From positions 1 to 5,792 of IMG/VR virus record IMGVR_UViG_3300045988_001343: a DNA stretch of 5,792 nucleotides; one strand, 5' to 3'. The stretch's first letter is position 1. Every line of letters begins with the position of its first letter. The stretch comes from a virus. This document shows positions 5,514 through 5,792 of the stretch, in pieces. Under the pieces are notes generated by a model, which saw nothing but the letters and a program-made list of their open reading frames with translations, did not search any database and was not told the origin of the DNA. The position numbers were made by a program, and so were the translations under genes.

Positions 5514-5554
5514 TATATAACTTGTTGCAGGAGTAGTAGTAGAGGTGGTGGAAA

Positions 5555-5719
5555 AGTTGAAAAGTACTAAAATTTAACGCCAAAGCGTAAATAAAAAAGA
5601 AAATAGCTGTTGAAAATTTTGTTAAAAACTTGTTGAAATGTTGAAAGTTCGTCAAAATGACAAAGATCATTGTGCAACTTTATGTTGAAAACCTGTTGAA
5701 AGTGTTGAAAGTGTTGAAA
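5555..5719 (+). repeat. Iteron-like array of eight same-orientation (T/A)GTTGAAA octamers in the major intergenic region
   Basis: Copies lie at 5555..5562 (agttgaaa), 5608..5615, 5631..5638, 5639..5646, 5683..5690, 5694..5701, 5703..5710 and 5712..5719. The last four equal 18..25, 29..36, 38..45 and 47..54 in the first repeat copy. The last three form a 9-bp tandem, tgttgaaag. Degenerate copies are gttaaaa at 5621 and gtcaaaa at 5651. Confidence 0.85.
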
Positions 5720-5792
5720 ACGCGCACAGCGCTAAAAAAGAATGGATTAAGCCGCGTTCCGCATTCGCTACACACGGCAAGGCGCTAAAGCG
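5666..5792. repeat. Terminal direct repeat, copy 2 (identical to 1..127)
   Basis: Exact 127-nt identity with the start of the window. Confidence 0.95.

Noticed and set aside
5509-5514. TATAAT box overlapping the Rep stop codon as a promoter reading into the repeat array.
   Set aside because: There is no acceptable -35 at 16-19 nt (the best is ttcggc), and the TG is not correctly spaced for an extended -10. It is mentioned in the Rep-tail finding but is not strong enough to annotate.
5533-5550. Trinucleotide micro-repeat (gta)x3 followed by gag and (gtg)x2.
   Set aside because: It is too short to distinguish from chance and suggests no associated structure or function.
5555-5719. The octamer repeats as a possible CRISPR array.
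   Set aside because: The repeats are only 8 nt, the spacers are 0-45 nt and irregular, and some copies abut. This is not CRISPR architecture.

Overview
This window is a complete, circularly permuted genome of a Gokushovirinae-like Microviridae ssDNA phage. Bases 1..127 are identical to 5666..5792, so the unique circle is 5,665 nt. All supportable genes are on the + strand and tightly packed, several with overlapping start and stop codons. In order they are: a sigma70-like promoter; an M15-family zinc peptidase (a cell-wall hydrolase, unusual for this family); a 34-aa ORF; a 73-aa ORF; a 40-aa arginine/lysine-rich J/ORF8-like DNA-binding protein that is below the ORF-track cutoff; a 79-aa ORF; a VP3-like scaffolding protein; the major capsid protein VP1; an intrinsic terminator; the DNA pilot protein VP2; and the rolling-circle replication initiator VP4. 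VP4 is split into two frames at an A8 homopolymer just after its catalytic tyrosines. The last ~65 codons of the VP4 ORF and the ~340-nt intergenic region look non-coding and are dense with structure. They hold a perfect 13-bp hairpin, a 9-bp tandem repeat, two 20-nt strictly alternating pyrimidine-purine GC tracts, an array of eight (T/A)GTTGAAA octamers, and an 18-mer resembling the phiX174 origin core. Protein family calls rest on motifs I recognise by eye. No database search was run.
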